64,000 nucleotides of DNA. Source: Thermoplasmata archaeon (GTDB lineage Archaea; Thermoplasmatota; Thermoplasmata; RBG-16-68-12). The notes below the pieces were generated by a model, which did no database searches, was not told the origin of the DNA, and saw only the letters and a list, made by a program, of their open reading frames with translations. The translations under genes were made by a program, and so were the position numbers. Of this stretch, positions 8,475 to 17,661 are shown piece after piece (within the stretch, counting starts at the first letter, position 1; each line of letters begins with the position of its first letter). Where the stretch lies: contig DATMDM010000037.1 in the NCBI GenBank assembly GCA_035557795.1, positions 1,408 through 65,407 of the forward strand, written 5' to 3'.

Positions 8475-10271
8475 GTGCGCGTCGCCGTTGTGTTCAAGGA
8501 TCGATGTCAGCCCAAGCGCTGCCATCTCGAATGCATCGCCTTCTGCCCACCGCAGCGGACCGGCACCGAGGTCATCTGGATTGATCCGGAGACCACGAAG
8601 GCCGCGATCAGCGAAGAGACGTGCATCTCGTGCGGAATCTGCACGAAAAAGTGTCCGTTCGATGCGATTCGGATCATCGGCCTTCCTGAGGCTCTCAAGG
8701 AAGATTTGGTCCATCAATACGGAAAGAACGCCTTCCGTCTCTTCCGTCTACCGGTTCCGAAGCAGGGGGAGGTCATCGGCCTGCTCGGCCCGAACGGTAT
8801 CGGCAAGACCACCTGCGTCGGCCTCCTGAGCGGAGAGGTCGCGCCGAATCTCGGCCACTACCGCCGAAAAAAAGCCTATTGGGAAGAAGTGCTCGACTAC
8901 TTCGCCGGAACGGAGCTCCACGACTACCTCGCGAAGATTGCGAACAAGAAACTCACCACCGCCATCAAGCCGCAGTATGTCGACAAATTGAGCAAGATTT
9001 ACACGGGCCGTGTCCGAGATCTCTTGACGAAGATCGACAAGAGAGGTCGCCTCGCCGAGCTGACGGTGTCCCTCGACCTCGAATCGTTCCTGGATCGGGA
9101 CATCGCGCAGCTGTCGGGCGGCGAGTTGCAACGCATGGCGATCGCCGCAACGATGCTCAAAGAGGCCGACATCTACTTCTTCGACGAGCCATCGTCTTAC
9201 CTCGACATCTACCAACGGCTGCAAGTCGCGAAGGTCATCCAGTCCCTCTCGCAGGAGAAATATGTCGTCGTCGTGGAACACGACCTGGCCGTCCTCGATT
9301 TCCTCGCAGACACCGTCTTCCTCATGTACGGCGAGGAGGGCGCGTACGGAATCATTGCGCAGCCGCGGCCGGTCCGCACCGCGATCAACGTATATCTCGG
9401 CGGCTACCTGAAGGAGGAGAACATCCGCTTCCGGGATCGCGAGATCCGCTTCGACACCCGCCCGCCTCGAAGCGACTGGAAGGGCGAGACGCTCGTCACG
9501 TTCGACGGACTCACGAAACGGTTCGAGGGCTTCGAGCTCACCGTCCATCCGGGACGGCTGCGAAAAGGCGAGGTCGTCGGCGTGGTCGGACCAAATGCGA
9601 CCGGCAAGACCACGTTCGTCAAGATGCTCGCGGGCCAGGAGACGCCCACGTCGGGCGCCGTGGAGGGACGGTGGCAGGTCTCGTACAAGCCGCAATACCT
9701 CGAGGCCGTCTACGAAGGCACCGTCGGGGAGTTGCTGCGCAACGCGGTCGGAAAGAAGGCGGACACCGGCTACTTCGAGACGGAGATCCTCCAGCCGCTC
9801 AAGGTCAAAGGGATGCTGGAGCGGGATGTCTCGACGTTGTCCGGCGGCGAGTTGCAGCGCGTCGCCATCGCCCTGTGCCTCGGCCGGGATGCCGACATCT
9901 ACCTGATCGACGAGCCGTCCGCATATCTCGATTCGAACCAGCGGATGGAGGCGGCGCGGACGATCCGACGGGTCATGGAGAAGGAAGCCCGGACCGGGCT
10001 CATCGTCGACCACGACGTGTACTTCATCGACATGGTGTCGGACAGCATCATGGTCTTCTCCGGCGATCCGGGCCGCACCGGTGTGGGCGAAGGTCCATTC
10101 CCGATGCGGGACGGGATGAACAAGTTCCTGAAAATGGTTGGCATCACATTCCGGCGGGACGCGGACACGAATCGCCCGCGAATCAACAAGCTCGACTCCC
10201 GCTTGGATCGAGAGCAGAAGTCCGCCGGCGAATATTACTACGCGATCGAGGATGCGCTTCACGCGTCGTGA
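8475..10271 (+). CDS. abce1: ABCE1 (RNase L inhibitor / ribosome-recycling factor): 4Fe-4S ferredoxin domains plus two ABC ATPase domains
   Basis: N-terminal Cys clusters (CISCGICTKKCP). Two Walker A motifs, GPNGIGKTT and GPNATGKTT. Two ABC signatures, LSGGELQR. The shadow ORFs 8748..10262(-) and 8879..10672(+) are rejected. Confidence 0.9.
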   Translation: MRVAVVFKDRCQPKRCHLECIAFCPPQRTGTEVIWIDPETTKAAISEETCISCGICTKKCPFDAIRIIGLPEALKEDLVHQYGKNAFRLFRLPVPKQGEVIGLLGPNGIGKTTCVGLLSGEVAPNLGHYRRKKAYWEEVLDYFAGTELHDYLAKIANKKLTTAIKPQYVDKLSKIYTGRVRDLLTKIDKRGRLAELTVSLDLESFLDRDIAQLSGGELQRMAIAATMLKEADIYFFDEPSSYLDIYQRLQVAKVIQSLSQEKYVVVVEHDLAVLDFLADTVFLMYGEEGAYGIIAQPRPVRTAINVYLGGYLKEENIRFRDREIRFDTRPPRSDWKGETLVTFDGLTKRFEGFELTVHPGRLRKGEVVGVVGPNATGKTTFVKMLAGQETPTSGAVEGRWQVSYKPQYLEAVYEGTVGELLRNAVGKKADTGYFETEILQPLKVKGMLERDVSTLSGGELQRVAIALCLGRDADIYLIDEPSAYLDSNQRMEAARTIRRVMEKEARTGLIVDHDVYFIDMVSDSIMVFSGDPGRTGVGEGPFPMRDGMNKFLKMVGITFRRDADTNRPRINKLDSRLDREQKSAGEYYYAIEDALHAS

Positions 10272-10278
10272 TCGTCCG

Positions 10279-11529
10279 TTACGTCGAAGCGCGAATCAAT
10301 CGGCCCTGCCCCTCGGAGATGGCCTCGCCGTCTTCGACGATTGTTTCTCCTCGGAGGTACACGGCTCGAGGGAAGCAGGCTTCCATTCCCTCGAACGGTG
10401 TCCACCCGCATTTGTACCGCACCCGTTTCGCCGTGACGGCCTCGATGTTGCGCGGGTCCACAACGACGAGGTCTCCATCCCGGCCCACCTCGATCGTCCC
10501 CTTCGCGATTCCCAAGATTTCGGCGGGTCGCACTGCCATCGCCGAGACGAGTCGCGGGAGGTCCAGGTCGCCCGCCCGGATTCGACGCATCAGGAGCGGG
10601 AACGCCGTCGCGACGCCGGGGAGTCCGGCGGGCGCCTCCTCGAAGAGGCCGCTCTTCTCCTCAATCGTGTGAGGGGCGTGGTCGCTCGCGACCGCGTCGA
10701 TGCGGCCCTGGCGGAAGGCCCCCCAGAGCGCGTCGCGATCCGTGGGTGATCGGAGCGGGGGATTCACTTTGCCTCGGGCTCCGAGCGGCTTTGACCAGTC
10801 GAGGAAGAGGTGGTGGGGCGTCACCTCGCATGTCGCCCCCGCAGGCACCGAGTTGAGGGCATCCACACAAGTGACGTGAGCGACGTGCACCCTCGCTCCG
10901 CCGCGGATGCGCGCCAGGGTCGCGATGGCGGCTTCCTCGGCGACCTTCGGTCGCGCCGCGTCGTGGCCTCGGAGGTCCTTCGCTTTCTGCCTGTTGAATT
11001 TTTTCGGGTCCTCCGCATGGACGACGACGAGTTTCGGCTGCGCTTCCGCGGCTCGAAGGATTTCTTCTAGTCGCGGCACGGTCACCTCGAGATTTCCCGT
11101 CGACTCGGCCATGTAGACTTTGAATGCGACCGCTTTGGCGAGTCGCGGGACTGCCTCCGGGGATTGCGGCGCAGCATACAGTGCATAGTCCACCGCGGCC
11201 CGTCCTTGGAGCTCCGCGGCCTTCGCATCAAGCGCGGCTGTCGTGATCGCCGCCGGGACCGTGTTCGGCATGTCCGCCACCGTCGTCACGCCGCCGATCG
11301 CCGCCGACCGGGTCCCGCTCGGGAAATCTTCTTTGTACCGGAGCCCCGGGTCCCTCATATGGACGTGGAGGTCGACGCATCCTGGGAGGATCAGCGCATC
11401 GCCGTGGTCAATCTGTTCGTCGCCTCGGAGCACTTTCTTGATCGCGGCGATCTGGCCGGTTTCATCAATTCCGATGCTCAAGGGCTCGAGCTGGCCGCGA
11501 AAGAACACGCGGCCGCTAATGACCCGCAT
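10279..11529 (-). CDS. pyrC: Dihydroorotase-like cyclic amidohydrolase
   Basis: Metal-binding motifs DLHVHMRDPG and DHAPH. Conserved GLPGVATAFPLL. Start taken at MRVISGRVFFRG (M36 of the track ORF). Confidence 0.7.
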   Translation of the reverse strand: MRVISGRVFFRGQLEPLSIGIDETGQIAAIKKVLRGDEQIDHGDALILPGCVDLHVHMRDPGLRYKEDFPSGTRSAAIGGVTTVADMPNTVPAAITTAALDAKAAELQGRAAVDYALYAAPQSPEAVPRLAKAVAFKVYMAESTGNLEVTVPRLEEILRAAEAQPKLVVVHAEDPKKFNRQKAKDLRGHDAARPKVAEEAAIATLARIRGGARVHVAHVTCVDALNSVPAGATCEVTPHHLFLDWSKPLGARGKVNPPLRSPTDRDALWGAFRQGRIDAVASDHAPHTIEEKSGLFEEAPAGLPGVATAFPLLMRRIRAGDLDLPRLVSAMAVRPAEILGIAKGTIEVGRDGDLVVVDPRNIEAVTAKRVRYKCGWTPFEGMEACFPRAVYLRGETIVEDGEAISEGQGRLIRAST

Positions 11530-12133
11530 GCGCCGCCTCCAAGGTCCGGCGCACGACGGGACCGCGGGGCTGGGTTTCCGCGAAGACCTCGGCCTGGAAC
11601 TTGTAGACCCGGGTCGCGGGGTCGAGCCACGCATCCGCCAAGAGGCCCGCTTTCATGCACGCCTCGGACAAGAATTCGGCCGCGTCCCAGGCATACTCGA
11701 CGGCGACCTGCGGGAGCAAGAGTCCTCGGTATGGACCCTGGGCGACACTCAAACCATCCTCGCCGAGGGTGACGGACTTCGCGAGGTCCTTCGGCTTCTT
11801 CACTTCAATCAGTTGAGGCGGGGTCAGGATGCTCACCTCTACGGTGACGCGGTCGAGTTCTTCCGGGGTCAACCGCGGGAACCGTGGGTCCTCCGCGGCG
11901 CCTTCCGCGCCTTTCTCGATCGACTTGACGAGCGGGAAGAACGGTTGCGGGTAGCCGATGCAACCGCGCAGCAAGCCACTCGGATGTTCGTTGAGCGTCA
12001 CGAACGCTCCGGACTTCTTTTCGAATGCCTTGGGGACTTCAACGGTTCGTTTCACGCGTTTGACGACGTAGGCCTCGAGGGCCTCGCGCGCGATGCGGAC
12101 AGCGAGTTCGCCATCCCGGTCCGCGTACGACAT
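11516..12133 (-). CDS. AMMECR1 domain protein
   Basis: RGCIGYPQPF...DPRFP, the AMMECR1 signature. Start at MSYADRDGE (M40 of the track ORF). 14-nt overlap with the pyrC start. Confidence 0.75.
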   Translation of the reverse strand: MSYADRDGELAVRIAREALEAYVVKRVKRTVEVPKAFEKKSGAFVTLNEHPSGLLRGCIGYPQPFFPLVKSIEKGAEGAAEDPRFPRLTPEELDRVTVEVSILTPPQLIEVKKPKDLAKSVTLGEDGLSVAQGPYRGLLLPQVAVEYAWDAAEFLSEACMKAGLLADAWLDPATRVYKFQAEVFAETQPRGPVVRRTLEAAHAGH

Positions 12134-12286
12134 TCGCCTCGACAACAAGGCGCGTGCCTTAACATTGTCGGCACGATTCTTCGATTGCCAATCCGGAGTG
12201 GCCCTCCGTCTCCACCGATTGAAACGCGCACTGTGCGATTGTACTCGCAACCTTTATCGGCCCCGACCTCTCATTCACCGCATGTC

Positions 12287-12820
12287 ATGCGCGCCCGCGT
12301 TCCCGTCGTCGAAATCATGACGCAGTCCCCGGTGACGATTCCGGCCGACGCGACCGCGAAGGACGCCGCTGGCCTCATGCGAGACCGGGAGATCGGGAGC
12401 CTCGTCGTGGTCGAGACGGGCAAGCCGATGGGCATCGTCACGGAGCGGGATATCGTGACGAAAGTCGCCGCGCCAGACAAACAACCGAGCCGCGTCCTCG
12501 TCCGAGACATCATGACGTCCCCCGTGGTCGTGATCCATCCGCATGAGGAAGTCGCCGAGGCTGCGAAGCTGATGTCGCAACGCAAGATCCGAAGACTCCC
12601 CGTCGTCCAGGACGGAAAGCTCGTCGGGATGATCACAGAGAACGACATCATCCGGGTCTGGCCCCAACTGATCGAAGTCACGCGGGAATACGCTCGGGCC
12701 GGACTCGAGTCGGAGTTCGCGAAGGGCATCGAGGGCCACTGCGAGGCGTGCGGAGTGTATTCGACGAACCTCGTGTGGGATCGCAACTTGCTCGTCTGCC
12801 CTGAGTGCCGCGGCGGCTGA
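12287..12820 (+). CDS. CBS-domain pair protein with a C-terminal zinc ribbon
   Basis: Two CBS repeats (IMTQSPVTIPADATAKDAAGLM.., IMTSPVVVIHPHEEVAEAAKLM..). C-terminus HCEACGVYSTNLVWDRNLLVCPECRG. This is the in-frame tail of the track ORF 11243..12820, and the first ATG is at 12287. Confidence 0.7.
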   Translation: MRARVPVVEIMTQSPVTIPADATAKDAAGLMRDREIGSLVVVETGKPMGIVTERDIVTKVAAPDKQPSRVLVRDIMTSPVVVIHPHEEVAEAAKLMSQRKIRRLPVVQDGKLVGMITENDIIRVWPQLIEVTREYARAGLESEFAKGIEGHCEACGVYSTNLVWDRNLLVCPECRGG

Positions 12821-12893
12821 AGTGTGCGTCGTCGGGAAGGCGTGGATAACAGCCGCGGAACCTTTATAGGCCGTTCCCAGGTTCGGCCGGCCA

Positions 12894-13301
12894 TTGGCCC
12901 GATTCGTCAAGGTTTCTCAGCAAGAACTCGATTCGATCCGCAAGCTCTACGAGAGCGTCATGTCGTACGCCTGCCACGGCCTCTTCTTCCGAGAGGGCAT
13001 GGTCCTCGCCGAGGAAGTCACGAGGAACTTGGCGCTCGGCGAAGATCCGCTCGAGTTCGGCAAGAAAGTGATCCTCGAGCGGGGCTGGGCAGAGGAGGTT
13101 TCCTTCACCGACTCGGGCGCGAGGGTGCGCGGCTCGATCGAGGCGATGCCCGGGGGGGACGTAGAGACGTGCCACCGGCTTCGCGGGATTCTCTCGAAGC
13201 TCCTTGAGGCGAAAACGAAACACCGAGTGCGCCTGGCGGAAGTGGAGTGCGTGAGCACGGGCGGACACGAATGCGTCTTCGAACGGGAGGGCGGGGCGTG
13301 A
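12894..13301 (+). CDS. V4R-domain (4-vinyl-reductase-like small-molecule-binding) protein, putative
   Basis: GW.EEVSFTDSGARVRGSIEAMPGGDVETCHRLRGILSKLLE...LAEVECVSTGGHECVF. The conserved Cys/His pattern fits the V4R fold. Its stop overlaps the next gene as GTGA. Confidence 0.5.
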   Translation: MARFVKVSQQELDSIRKLYESVMSYACHGLFFREGMVLAEEVTRNLALGEDPLEFGKKVILERGWAEEVSFTDSGARVRGSIEAMPGGDVETCHRLRGILSKLLEAKTKHRVRLAEVECVSTGGHECVFEREGGA

Positions 13302-13654
13302 CCGCCTTGGCGGACATGGTCCGCGCGCTCCGCGATGTGACGAAGGCGGAGGCGGTCGCGGTCGTCAATCGCGATGGCGGGATCGTGGCGGCCGAGCTTC
13401 CGCGAAGTGTCTCGCAGGAGACGTTCTCGATCATGTGCGCCGCAATCCTCGGCGCCGGGATGACCGCCGCGACGGAGCTGGGCCACACGGCGCCGCACCG
13501 CGTCCTCCTCGAGTCCGACGACGCGACCGTGGTCATCCAAGAAATCGGCCGACGCGCCATGGTGGTGCTCGTGGTACCGCCGGAGCGCGTGGTCTCCGAT
13601 CTCGACGCGGCGATCTTGCGGTTCGCGCAGGCCGCGGCCAAGGATTTGGACTGA
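13298..13654 (+). CDS. Roadblock/LC7 (MglB-like) domain protein
   Basis: AVAVVNRDGGIVAAELP...ETFSIMCAAILGAGMTAATELG...VLLESDDATVVIQEIGRRAMVVLVVP. A GTG at 13298 overlaps the upstream stop (GTGA). The alternative start is the ATG at 13316. Confidence 0.7.
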   Translation: MTALADMVRALRDVTKAEAVAVVNRDGGIVAAELPRSVSQETFSIMCAAILGAGMTAATELGHTAPHRVLLESDDATVVIQEIGRRAMVVLVVPPERVVSDLDAAILRFAQAAAKDLD

Positions 13655-13697
13655 GCGCTCCGGGAAGCCTTAATGTGGCCACGACCCTTCGTTCCGC

Positions 13698-13770
13698 GGG
13701 CCCGTAGTCTAGTGGCTATGATGCGACTCTTACAAAGTCGAGGTCGTCGGTTCGATTCCGACCGGGCCCA
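13698..13770 (+). tRNA. tRNA-Val (anticodon TAC)
   Basis: Cloverleaf read by hand. Acceptor GGGCCCG/CGGGCCC. Anticodon arm CGACT-CTTACAA-AGTCG. T-arm GGTTCGATTCC. Discriminator A. No encoded CCA. Confidence 0.9.
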
Positions 13771-13866
13771 TCGGTCTCCGGGAACAGTCGAGATCGTGGA
13801 CCTAGGGACGGCTACGAAAGGGTCCGTCAGTCTTGGACTTCCGAATGCAGCCCGATCGGTTTAGGG

Positions 13867-14220
13867 CTAGTGCCTGATCCATAGCCGGTGTTTAACGGCG
13901 AAGTTGAGTGTGCGAAACACGAGGGGTGCTCCGACCGCCGACACCACGGTGGACACGGTCGCTCCAAGTCCGAGCGCTGCGGTCGGGGGCAGGAATCGGA
14001 CGAAGTACCACGCGGAGCCTATCAGGCCCCCGAGCCATCCGATTAAGACGATGAACAAGAGAGGTCGAACGAGCAGCATCGCCATCAGCGCCAGTCCGAG
14101 GATGCCGCCGGCGTAGAGGAGGATTTCTGGCGGGGCGGCCATCACGGTCGAAATCCACAGCAACAACGGAATCTCGAGCGCCGCGATGAACAGAAAGCCC
14201 AGCCGCCACTTCCAGCGCAT
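13867..14220 (-). CDS. Hypothetical integral membrane protein (3-4 TM helices)
   Basis: ORF in the track. Hydrophobic segments LGFLFIAALEIPLLLWI, LYAGGILGLALMAMLLV and LLFIVLIGWLGGLIGSAWYF. Confidence 0.45.
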   Translation of the reverse strand: MRWKWRLGFLFIAALEIPLLLWISTVMAAPPEILLYAGGILGLALMAMLLVRPLLFIVLIGWLGGLIGSAWYFVRFLPPTAALGLGATVSTVVSAVGAPLVFRTLNFAVKHRLWIRH

Positions 14221-14234
14221 CTCGCCCGCTCACC

Positions 14235-15005
14235 TCACTGCCGGTAGTCCTCGGGCCGGAAGCCCAGGTCCACTTTGATGTCTCGCAATCGTCCGAGGTT
14301 CGTCCCATCGAGGAGGTGCACGGACGCATCTTCCACCCGGACGAGGTCCTCGTCGAAGAGGGGTCCGATGAACCGGGCACGGACATCGTTCACGGGCATT
14401 CCGCCGCAGAGCTCGTTGAACGAGGGCACGACGATCGCCTCGCGCGGGAGCTTGGGGTATCGTTTGTGCTTTCGAAGGAACGGCACACGCATCCAGCACG
14501 GGAGGATCTGCCGGGATCCCAACGCGTCGCGAAACGCGGCCGCCGGATGGTTGTGTCCCATGACGAGGACCGATCCCTCCATGACCTTCTTGTAGGGCCA
14601 GGCGTGTCCGTGGCAGAATCCGACATCCTCGATTCGGAAGCCGTACGCCGGTTTGAAGCGCACGCTGCGAGGCACGATGTTCTTCAGCATGCCGTCGTGG
14701 TTGCCTTGGGCGATGTATACTTCCCGGAATCTCGGCGCGAGGTCGCGGAAGAACACGTAGACGTCCCGTCGCTCGCGAGAGGCCATCTTCGGCACGAGAT
14801 GCTTCACGTCGCCCAAGATGACGAGTCGGTTCGCGCCTCGACGGTCCGCCAGCTCGATGAGCTTTCGGCCCATCACCTCCGCCCGGCTCGGGACCCGGAT
14901 TCCTTTCTCGTGCAGCTCTTCCTCGATCCCGATGTGTAGGTCCGCCACGACCAGGATGTCGTCCGCCATGAGCGCGGGCTCATCGGGAACCGGCTCGAGA
15001 TCCAC
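14235..15005 (-). CDS. Calcineurin-like metallophosphoesterase (ICC-type)
   Basis: Motifs VVADLHIG, ILGDVKH, GNHDG and GHNH. Start may be M13, MADDIL. Confidence 0.65.
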   Translation of the reverse strand: MDLEPVPDEPALMADDILVVADLHIGIEEELHEKGIRVPSRAEVMGRKLIELADRRGANRLVILGDVKHLVPKMASRERRDVYVFFRDLAPRFREVYIAQGNHDGMLKNIVPRSVRFKPAYGFRIEDVGFCHGHAWPYKKVMEGSVLVMGHNHPAAAFRDALGSRQILPCWMRVPFLRKHKRYPKLPREAIVVPSFNELCGGMPVNDVRARFIGPLFDEDLVRVEDASVHLLDGTNLGRLRDIKVDLGFRPEDYRQ

Positions 15006-15066
15006 GCCGGCTCCAAGGGCAGGTCGGCTTAATGGTTGTGCCGGGTCCGCGGTCGATTCGCGTTGG

Positions 15067-16515
15067 TCAGAGAAACTCGGCCAGGACGCGACCCAGGTTT
15101 TCGGCGACGTCGACCGAGGTCAACCCGTAACTCTTGACCTTGAAGGCGAGGTCGCCGGCATACCCGTTCGTGAATGCGGCCAGGCGCGCGGCATCGAACG
15201 GGGACATTCCTTTCGACATGAGCCCGGCCACGACCCCGCACAAGACGTCGCCCGTCCCGCCCACCGTCATCCCGGGATTCCCCGTGTAGTTGAACTTGAC
15301 GTGCAGCCCGTCGGTCACGATGTCGACATGACCCTTCAGGAGGATGGTGGCCCCGAACGTCTTCGCTGCTTCTCGGACGATCTCGGCGCGTTCCTCGGGT
15401 GGATCCGGGAGGGCCTTGCCCGTCAGGGTCTGGAATTCTCGGGAGTGAGGCGTGATGACCGCGCGCTTCCCGACAAGACACTTCGGGTCCGCGGCCACCG
15501 CCCGGATAGCGTCCGCGTCGACGACGAGCGGCAGCGAGATGCTCCGGACGATGTCCCGCACGGCATCGAAGGTCCCCTCAGCGTCGCCGAGTCCGGGACC
15601 GATCGCGATCGCGTCGGCCCGCGAGGCCAAGTCCAGGATCTGCCGCGTGTCCTCCCGGAGCAGCCGGTGGCCGACAAGCGGATGCACGATGAACATCGGC
15701 GAATACGATGCGACCACCGAGGCCGCTAGGGCCGGAGTCGCGACATGGATGAGATCCGCGCCGACCCCGAGGGCGCCGTATCCGACGAGCGCGGGGGCGC
15801 CGGTATACGGTCCCCCGGCGATCACCAGGACACGTCCATTCTGACCCTTGTGGCTCGTCGCCCTCGGAACCGGATAGAGCGTGAATTCGCCGGGCCCGAT
15901 CATCGCGGCGATTCTCACGGGGATGCCGATGTCCGCCACGCGGATCCGTCCGGAGTTCTGGGCCGTCATCCCCTCCTTCACATCATGGAGCGTGACGGTG
16001 ACCGTCGGTCGGACGGCGAGGTCCGTTCCGAACCCGCTGGGGACGTCCACACTGAGGATCGGCTTGCCGGAGGCGTTCATCTGGCGGATGAGCGCGGCGT
16101 ACGGCTCGCGAAGTGGGCCTTCCGCGCCGATCCCGAGGAGGGCGTCGATCAACAGCTCCGCCGCCGCGATCGCTTCCTCGCTCTTGTCGAGGCCCGCCAG
16201 GATTTGCACGTCCCTCAGCCGCTCGAAGTTCGTCCCCGACTCCTGGGTGACGAATTGGTCCGGCGATCGTGCGAGGAGGACGGTGACCCGCGCCTCTTTC
16301 GCGAGGTGGCGAGCCGCCACAAGGCCGTCGCCGCCGTTGTTCCCGGTGCCGCAGAGGACGAGGACGTTCTTTCCGGCCGCGCCGAACTCGGCCCGCGCGA
16401 CGTCGGCCACGGCTTTCCCGGCGTTCTCCATCAGTTCCAAGATCGAGACGCCGAAGTATTGGGCGTTCCGATCGAGGACGCGCATCTCCGCCGGAGAAAT
16501 CATCGGGGCGCGCAT
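15067..16515 (-). CDS. nnr: Bifunctional NAD(P)H-hydrate epimerase / ADP-dependent dehydratase (YjeF-N + YjeF-C, Nnr)
   Basis: N-terminal domain with LVLCGTGNNGGDGLVAARHL. C-terminal carbohydrate-kinase-like domain with GGTGDVLCGVVAGLM. Start may be M5. Confidence 0.8.
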   Translation of the reverse strand: MRAPMISPAEMRVLDRNAQYFGVSILELMENAGKAVADVARAEFGAAGKNVLVLCGTGNNGGDGLVAARHLAKEARVTVLLARSPDQFVTQESGTNFERLRDVQILAGLDKSEEAIAAAELLIDALLGIGAEGPLREPYAALIRQMNASGKPILSVDVPSGFGTDLAVRPTVTVTLHDVKEGMTAQNSGRIRVADIGIPVRIAAMIGPGEFTLYPVPRATSHKGQNGRVLVIAGGPYTGAPALVGYGALGVGADLIHVATPALAASVVASYSPMFIVHPLVGHRLLREDTRQILDLASRADAIAIGPGLGDAEGTFDAVRDIVRSISLPLVVDADAIRAVAADPKCLVGKRAVITPHSREFQTLTGKALPDPPEERAEIVREAAKTFGATILLKGHVDIVTDGLHVKFNYTGNPGMTVGGTGDVLCGVVAGLMSKGMSPFDAARLAAFTNGYAGDLAFKVKSYGLTSVDVAENLGRVLAEFL

Positions 16516-16577
16516 TCGGCCGACGCTAGTTAAACGTTGCCCGCGGAGTTAAGAACGATCGGACATTTCGGGACGCG

Positions 16578-17657
16578 ATGGACTTCGAACCGTTGCGGGC
16601 GTACACGTGGGCCCTCCTGCTGGGCCTCTTCGTCCCGCTGAGCTGGATCCTCGACCTCCTGCTCGGGCCCGGCGTCATCGTCTTCGCGGTCGCGGGTCTC
16701 GCCATCGTCCCGCTCGCATGGTTCCTCGGGCTCGCGACCGAGGAACTCGGCAAGCACGCGGGCCCCGGGGTCGGCGGTCTCCTCAACGCGACATTCGGGA
16801 ACGCAACGGAGCTGATCATCGCCGTCTTTGCGCTGTCGCGCGGCTTAACAGAGGTCGTCAAGGCGTCGCTCACCGGCTCGATTGTCGGAAACCTTCTTCT
16901 CGTCCTCGGGTTGAGCATGCTCGCAGGCGGCGTGAAATACAAAGCGCAGCACTTCTCCCGCGAGGCTTCCGGAATTCAGATCACGATGCTCGTCGTCGCG
17001 GTCATCGGCCTCGTGATGCCCGCGCTGTATGTCCTCTCGACAGGGGTTCGGTCCGGCGTGGCCCTAGAAGAGATGAGCCTGGGCATCGCCGGGATCCTGC
17101 TCTTGGCCTACGTGTTCGGCCTCTTGTTTTCCCTGCGCACGCACCGGGACATCTTCAATCCGGTGACGGAAGTCTCCGAGAAGCCGCGCTGGGAGAAACG
17201 GTTCGCCCTGAGCGTCCTCGTCGCTTCGACGGTCCTGGTCGCGGTCGAGAGCGAGATCCTGGTCGGCTCTCTGGAGACGGCGCGGCAGAGCCTGGGCCTG
17301 ACCGAACTGTTTATCGGAGTCATCATCGTGGCCATCGTCGGGAACGCCGCGGAACACGGCAGCGCGATCCTCATGGCCTGGAGAAACAAGATGGAATTGA
17401 GCGTCGCGGTCGCGACGACTTCGACGACCCAGGTCGCGTTGTTCGTGGCGCCAATCCTCGTCTTCGTTTCTCTCCTGACCGCGAAAGTCATGACGCTCGA
17501 CTTTGAAATCTTCGAGCTCGCCTCGTTGGCCTTGGCGACGGCCGTCGTTGCGGCGGTCGTCTCAGATGGCCGAAGCAACTGGTACGAGGGCGCGTTGCTC
17601 GTGATGGTGTACGCCGTGATTGCCGTGGCGTTCTTGTTCCATCCGCCTCCGCCGTGA
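16578..17657 (+). CDS. Ca2+/H+ (cation/proton) antiporter, CaCA family
   Basis: Two alpha-repeat signatures, GNATELI and GNAAEHG, with about 10 hydrophobic segments. Confidence 0.8.
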   Translation: MDFEPLRAYTWALLLGLFVPLSWILDLLLGPGVIVFAVAGLAIVPLAWFLGLATEELGKHAGPGVGGLLNATFGNATELIIAVFALSRGLTEVVKASLTGSIVGNLLLVLGLSMLAGGVKYKAQHFSREASGIQITMLVVAVIGLVMPALYVLSTGVRSGVALEEMSLGIAGILLLAYVFGLLFSLRTHRDIFNPVTEVSEKPRWEKRFALSVLVASTVLVAVESEILVGSLETARQSLGLTELFIGVIIVAIVGNAAEHGSAILMAWRNKMELSVAVATTSTTQVALFVAPILVFVSLLTAKVMTLDFEIFELASLALATAVVAAVVSDGRSNWYEGALLVMVYAVIAVAFLFHPPPP

Positions 17658-17661
17658 GCCC

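Noticed and set aside
8748-10672. Two long ORFs (8748-10262 minus; 8879-10672 plus) overlapping ABCE1
   Set aside because: ABCE1 is unequivocal in the other frame. Both translations are Arg/Gly/Pro-rich nonsense.
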